A stretch of DNA of 64,000 bases from an uncultured archaeon (GTDB taxonomy: Archaea; Asgardarchaeota; Thorarchaeia; Thorarchaeales; Thorarchaeaceae), in NCBI GenBank assembly GCA_964458565.1, contig CAYWJO010000013.1, positions 14,541 to 78,540 of the forward strand, read 5' to 3'. Below, piece by piece: positions 9,734 through 19,783 of the stretch (its first letter is position 1; every line of letters begins with the position of its first letter). The position numbers and the translations under genes were made by a program. Below the pieces are notes generated by a model, which saw only the letters and a program-made list of their open reading frames with translations, was not told where the DNA came from and searched no databases.

Positions 9734-11545
9734 TCAGCTCAAACCGAGCTCTTTGATTCTATCTGCTGATGGTTTTCCGCTCTTGCGATTCCAACCCCGA
9801 TAGTCATACCATTTGTTAAGTTGTGCTTCGACATCCGGTACGTGTTCTTCTGTTGGCCCCTCAAGCGGCTGTAGTAATAATTCTGGTAGTTTCTCACTTT
9901 CCACATTATAACCAAGTTTCAGATTTAGTAATCTCATAAGGGTGAATATCCTCTCCCCTGTAACTCTTAGTTCATCTACAGTCATGTCCCACCCCACTAC
10001 CAAGTTGAATAATTTTGCCAGCTCCTCTCCCTGAATGGGATAGAAATTACATATTACAGATGAGTTTGTCAGACAGCGAAAATTCTGAACACGTGCGACT
10101 AAATCTGCCTCATTTTCGAAACGGTCTAGACTCTCAATTTCAAAACTGGGATCTTCCACACCCATCTGGATGTTATACATATCCGCACTCATATGACATG
10201 CACCCCTTGGACCAGTCGCATAACCAGTTGCCATCCCTGAAAAGCCTCGAGGATCATGCACAGGAGGTTCCAAACCATTCACATGAACTGCATATTTCTC
10301 CAAACCAAACTCACTTGCAAATCGTAAGGCACCTTCTGCGAGAAGATCTCCCACTCCATCTCTGTTTGCAATCTTTTCAATCATCTCTAAAGCTGTGTCA
10401 ACATCTCCCCACTCAGGAGTCAGCCCATCCAGATCATCAGCTCCAATTTTTCCTTCCTTGAATAGATAGTACGCAAGAGCAATAGTATTACCTCCTGATA
10501 TAGTGTCAATCCCATAAAGATCGAGCATCTTGTTGATATATGCAAGTGCCTCAATGTCATTGTTTAGTATGAGCGTTCCCATTGACCCAGTAACTTCTAG
10601 TTCTGGTCCCGCAAATTCTCCCGTCATGTATTTTCCATTTGTTACGTTGATTTTCCTTCCACAACCAATCGGGCATCGAAAACATGCACTCTTACCCACA
10701 AGTATGGTTTCTTTCATACTAGTTCCACTCAGGTTATAGGAATCAAAGTCTGAAACCGTGTAATATCCTGCTGGAAGTGAACCATACATCATGCTGGCCA
10801 TGTCAACAAATCCAGTTGTACCTAGATCTGAATACATAATGAAGGTAGGATCTTCTTTCTTATCCTCATTGAGATTTTTAACATATTCAAGAAGTCCGTC
10901 GGGATCGTTTACTGGTACCTTTCGATTACTACCATTGACAACAATTGCTTTGAGGTTTTTTGAGCCCATTACGGCTCCCATTCCTGTTCGTCCAGCAGCT
11001 CGATAATGATCGACCATTATACACGCATACTTGACCATATTCTCTCCTGCAATACCGATTCTAGCAATTCCTGCATTCTTAAACCCGGTTTCTGTTTTGA
11101 GGATGTCCCATACTTCCTGGGTGTTTTTTCCCCAAAGATGCGTTGCGTCTACAATCTCGATTTGTGAATCATTTATGAAGAGGTAACATGGTATACTTGA
11201 TTTTCCCTCTATGACTATCCCATCCAAACCTGCAAACTTTATGTCTGCTCCCAAATGACCTCCAACTGTGCTGTACCCAAGTATTCCCGTCTGTGGTGAT
11301 CTTGCGCAAAATGTCATTTTACTTCCTGTGGGTACCATAGTTCCTGCAAATGGACCGGGGAGTAATATCAGTGGATTCTCAGAACCGAGCGGATCCGTAT
11401 TTTCATCTATCTTGTCATATAGTAGCTTGGTTCCAAGTCCAGCACCACCATAGAATGACCGAAGAACACTCTCTTCGATTTCAAAATTCGTGACTTCTTC
11501 AGTACTCAAGTCAACTCGAAGAAAGTTCCCTACAAATCCTTTCAT
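9734..11545 (-). CDS. aor: Aldehyde:ferredoxin oxidoreductase family (W/Mo)
   Basis: GR.GMGAVMGSKNLKA, C..CPIGC, G.DTIS.G, HDPRG and RGACH motifs. Confidence 0.92.
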   Translation of the reverse strand: MKGFVGNFLRVDLSTEEVTNFEIEESVLRSFYGGAGLGTKLLYDKIDENTDPLGSENPLILLPGPFAGTMVPTGSKMTFCARSPQTGILGYSTVGGHLGADIKFAGLDGIVIEGKSSIPCYLFINDSQIEIVDATHLWGKNTQEVWDILKTETGFKNAGIARIGIAGENMVKYACIMVDHYRAAGRTGMGAVMGSKNLKAIVVNGSNRKVPVNDPDGLLEYVKNLNEDKKEDPTFIMYSDLGTTGFVDMASMMYGSLPAGYYTVSDFDSYNLSGTSMKETILVGKSACFRCPIGCGRKINVTNGKYMTGEFAGPELEVTGSMGTLILNNDIEALAYINKMLDLYGIDTISGGNTIALAYYLFKEGKIGADDLDGLTPEWGDVDTALEMIEKIANRDGVGDLLAEGALRFASEFGLEKYAVHVNGLEPPVHDPRGFSGMATGYATGPRGACHMSADMYNIQMGVEDPSFEIESLDRFENEADLVARVQNFRCLTNSSVICNFYPIQGEELAKLFNLVVGWDMTVDELRVTGERIFTLMRLLNLKLGYNVESEKLPELLLQPLEGPTEEHVPDVEAQLNKWYDYRGWNRKSGKPSADRIKELGLS

Positions 11546-11557
11546 TGTCTGTTACCC

Positions 11558-12730
11558 CTAGAAGTCGATAGTTTTTCCTGCGAACATATATTCATAGAAT
11601 TTCTTTAACCCATCACTATCAATGAAACGTGGATTCATCGTAATTGAAGAGTCCATCATAGTGAATTCTATGAGTCGGTCTAGTTTTTCTTCAAAATCCT
11701 TCTTGGAAAGTCCCGCCTCTTTCAGATTTGATGGTGCACCAACAGATTTCATTAATTCCCTAATTCTTTTCGCAAATTCCAATGCTGCTTTTGATGGATC
11801 TGTTTCATGAATTCCGATTAGAGCGGCTAACTCTTGGTAATTTCTTGCGGCATCTTCTTCGTCTTTCTGGTTGAACTCGATTGTGTATGGTAAGGCCATT
11901 CCGACTGCCATGCCATGCTGGAGTCGATGAACCGAACCAAGACAGTGTCCTAGAGAGTGTGCGAGAGCTACCTGTGAATTGCTAAAGGACATTCCAGCAA
12001 GGCTCGCTGCAATAAGCATTTTCTCTCTAGCTTCCAGGTCCTCTAGATTCTCTACTGATTTTGGTAGCCACTCAAAGACCATTTTAACAGCCTTCATACT
12101 ACAGGCATCGGAGAAGTCGTTTTTCCACATAGATACGAATCCCTCTACTGCATGAGTCAAGGCATCCATTCCTGTATATGCTGTGAGGCTCTTTGGAAGT
12201 CCTTTGACGAAGATGGGCTCCAGGATTGCAATATCCGGTACCAGTTCTGGATTTGTGGTGGCGAATTTTCTTCCAGTTTCGTCCTCTCGAATGACTATTG
12301 CTTTTGTTGATTCGGATCCTGTCCCTGCAGTTGTGGGGATACAGATTAAACGAGCTTTCTGTCGCAAGTTGAGTGGTTCCAATGGAGTCACAGCTTCTAA
12401 TCTGATTTTAGGATGTTCATAGAGAATCCAAGCTGCCTTTGCTGTGTCCATGACACTTCCACCCCCTATCGCGATAATCCAATCGGGCTCAAAATATGTC
12501 ATCGCAGCAGCTGCATCCTTGACAGTCGAAACTCGAGGGTCTGGTTCTGCACAATCCCAAATAGCGACATCCCATTGACAACCAGTAAGTATGTCGCTTA
12601 CCTTTGCTGGAAATCCAAATCCGTTAACTATTTTATCCGTTACTATGAATGCTTTTGAACCTGACAATTGCTCAAGATCTTCAAGTGCGTCTTCTCCAAA
12701 GATTATCTTTGGAATATCAAACCACCACAT
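11558..12730 (-). CDS. Iron-containing alcohol dehydrogenase
   Basis: GGGS.MD.AK, PTTAGTGSE, DALTHA.E and H...H......HG metal ligands. Confidence 0.93.
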   Translation of the reverse strand: MWWFDIPKIIFGEDALEDLEQLSGSKAFIVTDKIVNGFGFPAKVSDILTGCQWDVAIWDCAEPDPRVSTVKDAAAAMTYFEPDWIIAIGGGSVMDTAKAAWILYEHPKIRLEAVTPLEPLNLRQKARLICIPTTAGTGSESTKAIVIREDETGRKFATTNPELVPDIAILEPIFVKGLPKSLTAYTGMDALTHAVEGFVSMWKNDFSDACSMKAVKMVFEWLPKSVENLEDLEAREKMLIAASLAGMSFSNSQVALAHSLGHCLGSVHRLQHGMAVGMALPYTIEFNQKDEEDAARNYQELAALIGIHETDPSKAALEFAKRIRELMKSVGAPSNLKEAGLSKKDFEEKLDRLIEFTMMDSSITMNPRFIDSDGLKKFYEYMFAGKTIDF

Positions 12731-12812
12731 TGTCTAATCTCTCCTATTCTTTTGACCTAATATGTTACAAATGCACTAACCCTTACTTTAATCCTGCTAT
12801 CTTTTGACTGGC

Positions 12813-13919
12813 TCAGCTAATAGTGCTTGGAAGTCTCTTAATAACTTGAATTGCCTCAGCGATGATTTGTGCTATAAGATCCTCTACGGTTGGAAGATCG
12901 TTAATTCTCCCTACTACTTCTCCACCAAACATCAATGCAGTATCAGGTCTTCCATCAATTAGATGCTCAAAACCCTCCCGTTCTAAATCAAGAATCGCCT
13001 CATTCGATTCTACAGGTTCACCAAGATAGAAATGAGGAACGTCATCAAGTGTCTGCTGAACAATATCTTCAGCTCGTTTGTTTCTCAAGAAACGCATTGG
13101 GCCAAATAACCCTCGACCTGTGAGGGTCTGTCTTTCCTCGCGCATCATCACCGCTTGTTTCCACATATCCTCAAAATCACTCTCTTGTGTCGCAATGAAT
13201 CGAGTTCCCATCTGTATTCCTTTTGCTCCAAGTGCAAGCGCTGCTGCGAGTGTGTTTCCGTCGCAAAACCCTCCTGCTGCTACAACAGGAACCTTGACTG
13301 CATTAGCTACTGCTGGGACAAGAACCATTGAATGTACTGGGTCCCAGGAAACATGAGCACCGCCCTCATGACCTGATGCAATGATAATATCCGCTCCACT
13401 TTTTTCGGCTTTCTTCGCATGATATACGGAGGGAACAACATGTGCCCAGATGAGACCGTGTTTCTTCACTTCAACCCATGGAGTCGGATTACCTGCCGAA
13501 GTTATTAAAACTCTCAACTGTCTTTCAACATCGGAACTAGCTTCTCTTGCTTGAATTACCTCCTCAACGAACATTTTAGACGCAAGAATGAATTCTGCAG
13601 CCACAGGCACATTTACTCCAAACACTCCTTTCTTGCCTTTGGTTTCTTTTGTGACACGGTCAATCGACTTCTGTAGAATTACCCTGGGTGGATCTGACCC
13701 AAATAGCTTCACTGGATCAATTGGGGCTGCTTCAGGTAGAAGTGATGCTGCCATTCCTATGCTACTTATCACTCCTAGCGCTCCTGCGTTTGATATTGCT
13801 ATAGCTAGGTCCTCTGTCTTGTATGGTCCCATTCCCCCTTGAAGGATGGGATGTTGGATTCCGAGTATGTCACAGAGTTCCGTATGAATCGACAAAGGGA
13901 CCACTTTATCCTCATTCAT
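12813..13919 (-). CDS. Nitronate monooxygenase / FabK-like FMN oxidoreductase
   Basis: PILQGGM, G.EGGAH, PVVAAGG, GA.GIQMGTRF and GEVVGRI motifs. Start re-called to ATG 13919, overlapping the SCP2 stop. Confidence 0.88.
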   Translation of the reverse strand: MNEDKVVPLSIHTELCDILGIQHPILQGGMGPYKTEDLAIAISNAGALGVISSIGMAASLLPEAAPIDPVKLFGSDPPRVILQKSIDRVTKETKGKKGVFGVNVPVAAEFILASKMFVEEVIQAREASSDVERQLRVLITSAGNPTPWVEVKKHGLIWAHVVPSVYHAKKAEKSGADIIIASGHEGGAHVSWDPVHSMVLVPAVANAVKVPVVAAGGFCDGNTLAAALALGAKGIQMGTRFIATQESDFEDMWKQAVMMREERQTLTGRGLFGPMRFLRNKRAEDIVQQTLDDVPHFYLGEPVESNEAILDLEREGFEHLIDGRPDTALMFGGEVVGRINDLPTVEDLIAQIIAEAIQVIKRLPSTIS

Positions 13920-14322
13920 CAGGGAATCTTGTAGGTACTTGATTAGCTGTTGCCACAAGTTCAGCAGCGGCTTTGGTGTATCTCATTATTTTACCCATTT
14001 CACCTGTTAGTTTGAACTTTCTTGACATGATTCCTTTTATCGGATCTATTTTTCCATCGAATAATAACTTCCAATTCTTCAATGGTCCGGCGTAGATGAA
14101 TTCAGCTTCATCACCTGGTTCAGCCATTCTAGCCTCACGGCACTTTCCATGCCATAGATCAATGTAGAAACGTTCTGGTTCTTCGTCTTCCGTCCCATCA
14201 ATCTGGAAAATAAAATCGCCTGTCCAATCTCTTGCACTATCTTCATAAGCCTTGTTTGCATTAAGAAGCTCCAAATATTTCTCAATCCACTCTGGTGAAG
14301 GAAACAGCAGTTTTTCGGTCAT
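13912..14322 (-). CDS. SCP2 sterol/lipid-binding domain protein
   Basis: FPSPEW, DLWHG.C and W..L..G..DP...M..K.KL.G motifs; start at ATG 14322. Confidence 0.85.
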   Translation of the reverse strand: MTEKLLFPSPEWIEKYLELLNANKAYEDSARDWTGDFIFQIDGTEDEEPERFYIDLWHGKCREARMAEPGDEAEFIYAGPLKNWKLLFDGKIDPIKGIMSRKFKLTGEMGKIMRYTKAAAELVATANQVPTRFPDE

Positions 14323-14430
14323 TATCAATCTCTCCAATCTTTGACATGTTGTGAACGTCATAAACATTGTGACTAATAAAACGCATTGATGCCTTAAACA
14401 CCTCATTTCTAATGAAGCTGAATAATTAAT

Positions 14431-15081
14431 TCAATAATTAACCAGAGGGAGATTTAATCCCTTAGCTAATTGTCTCTGTTTTTCCAGACGTCCTATACTA
14501 TCAACCCAGTGCGCATCACTGCCCAGACTAAATTTACATCCCTGGTCTCTTGCAATTTCAAGAAAATACTCCCATTGACACTCATACCGCAAACTCAACT
14601 CAACTGCTATATTTTTCTCTGCGAGTACAGACGCTACTGATTCTCCGTCTTCTTTTCTGAAATTTTCCAAATATCCGTCCCAGTGACCCAGAATATCAAA
14701 TTTGGCTTTCTCTAAAACACGAGTGAGTGTACGTTCCCATCTCATTGAGTCACAAGGATAATGTATCGAGCCAATAATGATATCAAACTGATCAAGACCT
14801 CCTGCTACAGGCTCAAGCTGACCATCCAATGTTATATCTACCTCAACTCCATCCAGTATCTTTAAACTTGGAAACTCATTTCTTGCATCTTCAATGTCAG
14901 TTCTTCTTCTCTGAATCACATTCATGCCGCCTTTCTGTGATCCGATTGAAGGCCAAAAATGATCTGTGAGTGCTATTACTTCCAAGTTGAGTGTGTTTGC
15001 TCTCTCAGCCGCTTCTCTAACAATTATCCTACCATCTGAATACTTTGTATGGATATGGAGGTCTTGTCGCTGTTTTGTCAT
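14431..15081 (-). CDS. PHP-domain phosphoesterase
   Basis: DLHIHT.YSDG, TDH, GVE, ILGH and GSDAH motifs. Confidence 0.9.
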   Translation of the reverse strand: MTKQRQDLHIHTKYSDGRIIVREAAERANTLNLEVIALTDHFWPSIGSQKGGMNVIQRRRTDIEDARNEFPSLKILDGVEVDITLDGQLEPVAGGLDQFDIIIGSIHYPCDSMRWERTLTRVLEKAKFDILGHWDGYLENFRKEDGESVASVLAEKNIAVELSLRYECQWEYFLEIARDQGCKFSLGSDAHWVDSIGRLEKQRQLAKGLNLPLVNY

Positions 15082-15175
15082 ATTCCTTCACTCGATAAAT
15101 TCTGGCATTCGAATACTCAATTGGTAGCCCTTTTAACAGAAGTGTTATCCGAGCTGAATCGAGGTTTGAGTAGCT

Positions 15176-16954
15176 TTGTTGGACCATATGTCATGGGATC
15201 TCACTCCAATGGTTGAAGGTGCGAAAGTTCCTACAGTGAAGAAAATGATTGAGCAGCGTCTCAAGAAAATAGAAGCGCATCTAACAAATTGTGACGATGT
15301 CATTGCAGGTGGAATGCCACACGAGCTTGTAGAATTTTTAGTAGAATATGAGCGTTTGCTCGTTCCAATATCTGATGTTCTTTCATATTGTGGATTGACC
15401 TACTACACAGATACTACCGACAAGGATGGAAATCAGCTAAACACTTGGTATCTGACATACAGGAGTCATTTAGAATCTATGCAGACCGTTTTTGAACTCA
15501 AGCTAAGTAACTTGCTCATGAGGCAACCCGATTTAGTCAATCATGACGACCTATCTACATATCGTCATTATCTTGAACGGATTCTAGCAAGTGCTCCCTA
15601 TCAACTCAGTGAGAGAGAAGAAACCTTAGCATCTGCAAAGGATGTTAATGGTATTCATACAATTTCACAACTTCAAGAGGCTTGGGTCTCTCAGAAGGAA
15701 TTCGATTTAGAAATCGGAGGTGAACGTAGGAAATTAACATTTCCTGAATTGAGTGCTTTGCGACTTGACGCAGATCGGGACGTACGTGAGATGGCCACTT
15801 TAACACTCTACAAAAGCTATGCAGATGACAGTATGATGCATGGTCTTGCTCTGAAGTCAATATGCTCTGACCATGTGATGATGACCCAACGCCGGGGGCT
15901 CCCGTCAACTATGACTCAGAGTCTTCTAGACCAGGATGTTGAGGAATCCGCGATTGATGCGCTACTCACTACAATTGAGGAAACATCTTCTGTCTTTCAG
16001 GAATTCTTGAAGTTGAAAGCTAAGTTTTTCGGCACCAAGAAACTTCTTGGACATGATGTGATTGCACCTTGGACGAATGACCCAATATGGAGTTTTGAAT
16101 ACAGCAAAGCTCGAGATATTATTGTAGATTCTTTCAAGTCCTTCGATTCAGAACTTGGTGACGTGGTTGAAAACATGTTCACAAATCATCGAATTGACGC
16201 TGCTAACAGAGTTGGCAAACGAGGTGGTGCTTTCTGTGCAGGTTGGTATAGTGATAAGAAGTCATATGTTTTTATGAATTTCAATAAGTCTCTTAGGGAT
16301 GCTGCCATATTAGCTCATGAGAATGGACATGCAGCTCAACATCATCTCATTTACAACTCCCAGACTCCACTAAATTATAGGTCCTCCTCATGTATGGCTG
16401 AATGTGGAAGTATCTTTGGAGAGCTTCTTCTAACTGATAAAATCCTTTCAATATCAAAAACTGATGGTCAGCGAATGGAAGCACTGAGTGGAACGCTCAA
16501 TGACTACTTCTATGTTGTTTATTACGTTGGCACACGAGCATTGTTCGAGCGGACGCTCTATGATGTAATCGAAGATGGTCGGAATCTCGATGCTGAACTT
16601 GCATGTGAATTATGGACAGCTGCTAAGAACAAGATATTTGGTGATGCTGTTGATTGGACTCCTTACATGGAATATGAGTGGGCTCGGATTCCGCATTTCT
16701 TTTTCCCGAATTTCCGCTTCTACAATTATAGCTACAGTTTTGCTCAGATGCTAGTGTATGCGGTCTATGACGAATATAAAAGAGGTGAAGCTGATTTCAA
16801 CAATCGTTTCAAATGCCTTCTCGCCACTGGTTCCAGTTTGAGTCCGAAACAGCAGATTGCACAATTTGGCTATGATCTTGATGATCCTGGATTCTGGAAG
16901 ATGGGTCCACGACAAGCTGATAGATTACTTTCAGAACTAAAGAAACTGATATGA
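15176..16954 (+). CDS. M3 family oligoendopeptidase (PepF-like)
   Basis: GKRGGAFC, AHENGHA (HExxH), AE.GS.F.E and W.RIPHF...FY.Y.Y motifs. Confidence 0.9.
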   Translation: MLDHMSWDLTPMVEGAKVPTVKKMIEQRLKKIEAHLTNCDDVIAGGMPHELVEFLVEYERLLVPISDVLSYCGLTYYTDTTDKDGNQLNTWYLTYRSHLESMQTVFELKLSNLLMRQPDLVNHDDLSTYRHYLERILASAPYQLSEREETLASAKDVNGIHTISQLQEAWVSQKEFDLEIGGERRKLTFPELSALRLDADRDVREMATLTLYKSYADDSMMHGLALKSICSDHVMMTQRRGLPSTMTQSLLDQDVEESAIDALLTTIEETSSVFQEFLKLKAKFFGTKKLLGHDVIAPWTNDPIWSFEYSKARDIIVDSFKSFDSELGDVVENMFTNHRIDAANRVGKRGGAFCAGWYSDKKSYVFMNFNKSLRDAAILAHENGHAAQHHLIYNSQTPLNYRSSSCMAECGSIFGELLLTDKILSISKTDGQRMEALSGTLNDYFYVVYYVGTRALFERTLYDVIEDGRNLDAELACELWTAAKNKIFGDAVDWTPYMEYEWARIPHFFFPNFRFYNYSYSFAQMLVYAVYDEYKRGEADFNNRFKCLLATGSSLSPKQQIAQFGYDLDDPGFWKMGPRQADRLLSELKKLI

Positions 16955-17133
16955 ACTCTTGAAAGTTACTAGAGCTTTGAATTTACGAGAGGTATAATCA
17001 AAGCTCATTTCTTCTTTCTTTTTCCATCCTTTGTTTTAGCTTCACCAAACACTAGTCCCATAAAACTATGAATTTCTTTTATACACACTATAGTAGTTTT
17101 TAGAATCCTACATATTCACAATAAAATGGTATA

Positions 17134-18153
17134 CTAGAAGCGGAATTTTGAAGTCCATCTCTTAGCTAGAGCTGTGGATGTGAACCATTCGGGGTCTGCA
17201 TCCTTTATCATATTCAATACTCTGCGATAGAATCCCAATCTCTTTGGATGTCCAAGATCCTCTGGATCCGGATGGATTACGAAAACGGCAAGTCCATTTT
17301 TCGATTTGATATATTCCATCTTCTTTTTCCATGCTTTCAGCATCTCTTCCTCTGACATTTTGTAGTAGTACAATAGTGTCCAATCTTGAGGCATAGTGAC
17401 GGGAATCTCTAGTAGAGGACTTTTTTGCCAAGAACCTGTATCTCTCCATAACGGATGAAACGGAAAAAGAGTTCTACTCCCAGTGTCTGCATATCCGACT
17501 GTGGATTCGTCTGTGTCAGGATATGAGGAATCCCAGATATAACCCTCCTTTGTTAAACTCCCGATGAGCTGTTTGGTTCTATGAAGATATGGCGCTCGGT
17601 ACCCCAGAGGGAGCTCGAATTCCTTTGCTATATCTGCTGCCATCTTGACTCTCATATACTGTTCATCCAATGTTAAGTAAACGAATTTTCCATCATGATG
17701 CAATCCGTGCATACCAAAATCAAATCCATCTGAAACCAAATCTTGGATATACTCTCTTTCAAGAGTGTATTCTTGTGAATCTGGTACAACATTGAACGTT
17801 GATACTACATCTAACTCCTTCTCAATCTCAACAAATTTTCGCATTCCGTAATCGTACCCTATTTTAGTATCAACATCATGACTCATAATGACTCCAAAGT
17901 CCTTCTGCCAAAAATCTCTCTTTTCCACAGTCGAAGTATCCAACTCATCTGCGAGGTCATCTGTTGGGAACTTTCTTCTTCTATTCTCAATTTCTTTTGG
18001 ACCAAAAAGAGAAAGCATCGACACAAAACGGTTTCTTATCTGATAGGGAATGAACTGTGCTAATCCTAAGCTAACACCAAGTCTTAAGGCAATCCCTGGA
18101 TTGTAATCGATGTCCATTTCATTTCGATAATAGTCACTCTTCGAAACTGTCAA
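17134..18153 (-). CDS. Polysaccharide deacetylase family protein
   Basis: SHDVD, MHGLHH, GYRAP, DSS, EIP.T...D and HP motifs. Confidence 0.8.
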   Translation of the reverse strand: MTVSKSDYYRNEMDIDYNPGIALRLGVSLGLAQFIPYQIRNRFVSMLSLFGPKEIENRRRKFPTDDLADELDTSTVEKRDFWQKDFGVIMSHDVDTKIGYDYGMRKFVEIEKELDVVSTFNVVPDSQEYTLEREYIQDLVSDGFDFGMHGLHHDGKFVYLTLDEQYMRVKMAADIAKEFELPLGYRAPYLHRTKQLIGSLTKEGYIWDSSYPDTDESTVGYADTGSRTLFPFHPLWRDTGSWQKSPLLEIPVTMPQDWTLLYYYKMSEEEMLKAWKKKMEYIKSKNGLAVFVIHPDPEDLGHPKRLGFYRRVLNMIKDADPEWFTSTALAKRWTSKFRF

Positions 18154-18168
18154 TGGTAGTTCCTCATA

Positions 18169-19656
18169 TTATCCTGTATACTTCATCCAGTGTCCGTATC
18201 TAGCTAACCAGCCATTAATAACCAAGCTTACTGAGGTTCGCGTCCCTCCCCATGTGCTGTTCTCTAAGTCAAACCACCACGAGTTCATTCGCTCGATTTC
18301 CTCTATTTTAGAGGATTCTAAAGGGAATAGTGTTATAACAAAAGTTCTCTCTCTCACCTTTTCCCAGAGTTCTGGTTTGTCTTCATACATGAAGATCACA
18401 TGATTGTCTACCATAGATGATGGGCCATATGGAGTTCGAAATGACATCATTGCAAATGAGTCATCATATTGAGGATCCGATGGTACCCAATCCTCGATTC
18501 GGAGGTATCCAACGAGTTCTTTCATAATATCGTTTAGAATCTCGCACTTCTCCTTGTGTGAATACCGTTTGATGTACTCATCATCAGTGCGTCGAACCTG
18601 TACGGGTACTCCTGCAGCAAGAGACCTTGCTGGGATATCTTTGTTAATCACGGAACCCGCTCCAAGTGTTGCCTCTCTCCCAATGTGCACATTTGGTAAG
18701 ACGAAGACTCTCCATGGAAACCAAACCCCATCCTCGATTGTGATTGGTCCAAATGCAATCGGAAATCCATCAAGAATTGGTTGCCAAGAGCCATGTGTGA
18801 ATAGAAAATTAGAACCTCCAATACCAACTCTCTTCCCAATCTTAATGGGATATGTTGGATTGAGTACACTCTGTGCAAAAATCATAGAAAGATCTCCAAT
18901 TTCGATTATGGACTTGTCAGTCTTCAACCCGCCAATGTATGTCTGCTCCTGAATCGTAACTTCTTCGCCAATGATTACCTTGTGTGTGTCTATGATAACC
19001 ATCATTCCGAAACTGGAATAACGTCCAATTTTGAGTACATTGCATCTAATCATGCATGCCATTCCAATCTTGACATGGTCTCCTATCTCAATATCTTTCG
19101 CATCAATTATTGAGAGTGGACCAAATGATACGCCCTCTCCAATTTTCGCGCCTCTCCGACGATAGTACCAAATCTTGAGAGATGAGGGTAAAAGTCCAAT
19201 GGATGCCATTTGTCCTATTGGCATCTCAAATAGATTAGGATCGCCAATTGGTGTACGAACAAAGATGATCGGTGATATGAAAACGATAAGGGCAAGAAAG
19301 AATCGTGGACTGAACAAGCATGCGATAAGAACGTCCAAAGGTTGAGCTGCTCTGAACATTGTACGATACACGATTTCAAACACAAGCTCAAGAATGGCCC
19401 ATATGAGTCCAATTGTAATGATTCTACCACGTTTGTATCTTGGTACAATCTTGAACACCAACCAGACTGAGAGTAGCATTGTGATGATGAGACTCCAAGC
19501 TGATATGAGGCTCAGAAATAAGGGGTCCAATACTCCTGCAGCGATATCCATCCAAAGCCAGTCATTGAAAAGAACAACAATAGGGACTACCAGCCATGCT
19601 AAAAGCGCAAAGAGGCGGTTTTTATCACCAATCTCATTCATTTCTTGTTCCTCCAT
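18169..19656 (-). CDS. Membrane-anchored hexapeptide-repeat (LbH) acyltransferase
   Basis: About 4 N-terminal TM segments; GAKIG/IEIG repeats, THG and GA.SV..KD.P....AGVP motifs. Confidence 0.8.
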   Translation of the reverse strand: MEEQEMNEIGDKNRLFALLAWLVVPIVVLFNDWLWMDIAAGVLDPLFLSLISAWSLIITMLLSVWLVFKIVPRYKRGRIITIGLIWAILELVFEIVYRTMFRAAQPLDVLIACLFSPRFFLALIVFISPIIFVRTPIGDPNLFEMPIGQMASIGLLPSSLKIWYYRRRGAKIGEGVSFGPLSIIDAKDIEIGDHVKIGMACMIRCNVLKIGRYSSFGMMVIIDTHKVIIGEEVTIQEQTYIGGLKTDKSIIEIGDLSMIFAQSVLNPTYPIKIGKRVGIGGSNFLFTHGSWQPILDGFPIAFGPITIEDGVWFPWRVFVLPNVHIGREATLGAGSVINKDIPARSLAAGVPVQVRRTDDEYIKRYSHKEKCEILNDIMKELVGYLRIEDWVPSDPQYDDSFAMMSFRTPYGPSSMVDNHVIFMYEDKPELWEKVRERTFVITLFPLESSKIEEIERMNSWWFDLENSTWGGTRTSVSLVINGWLARYGHWMKYTG

Positions 19657-19783
19657 ATGGTGGCAATTATTCTCTCTATATTATGATTGTTATGGACCCT
19701 AAATTGCGTCATTGTAAATTGATTATAAGCGAAGCTACATGCTGGTTTGTATTAATTCGACTTGGATGATGAGGTGAAAAGGA

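Noticed and set aside
14340-14375. Short imperfect repeats (ACATGTTGTGA / ACATTGTGA) upstream of SCP2
   Set aside because: Too short and degenerate to separate from chance without comparative data.
19766-19783. ATG ATG AGG TGA in frame with M14 gene 1, suggesting selenocysteine or stop readthrough
   Set aside because: The TGA is part of the SD and would fall in a signal-peptide n-region; the paralogue has no nearby in-frame upstream ATG. An ATT start explains both genes.
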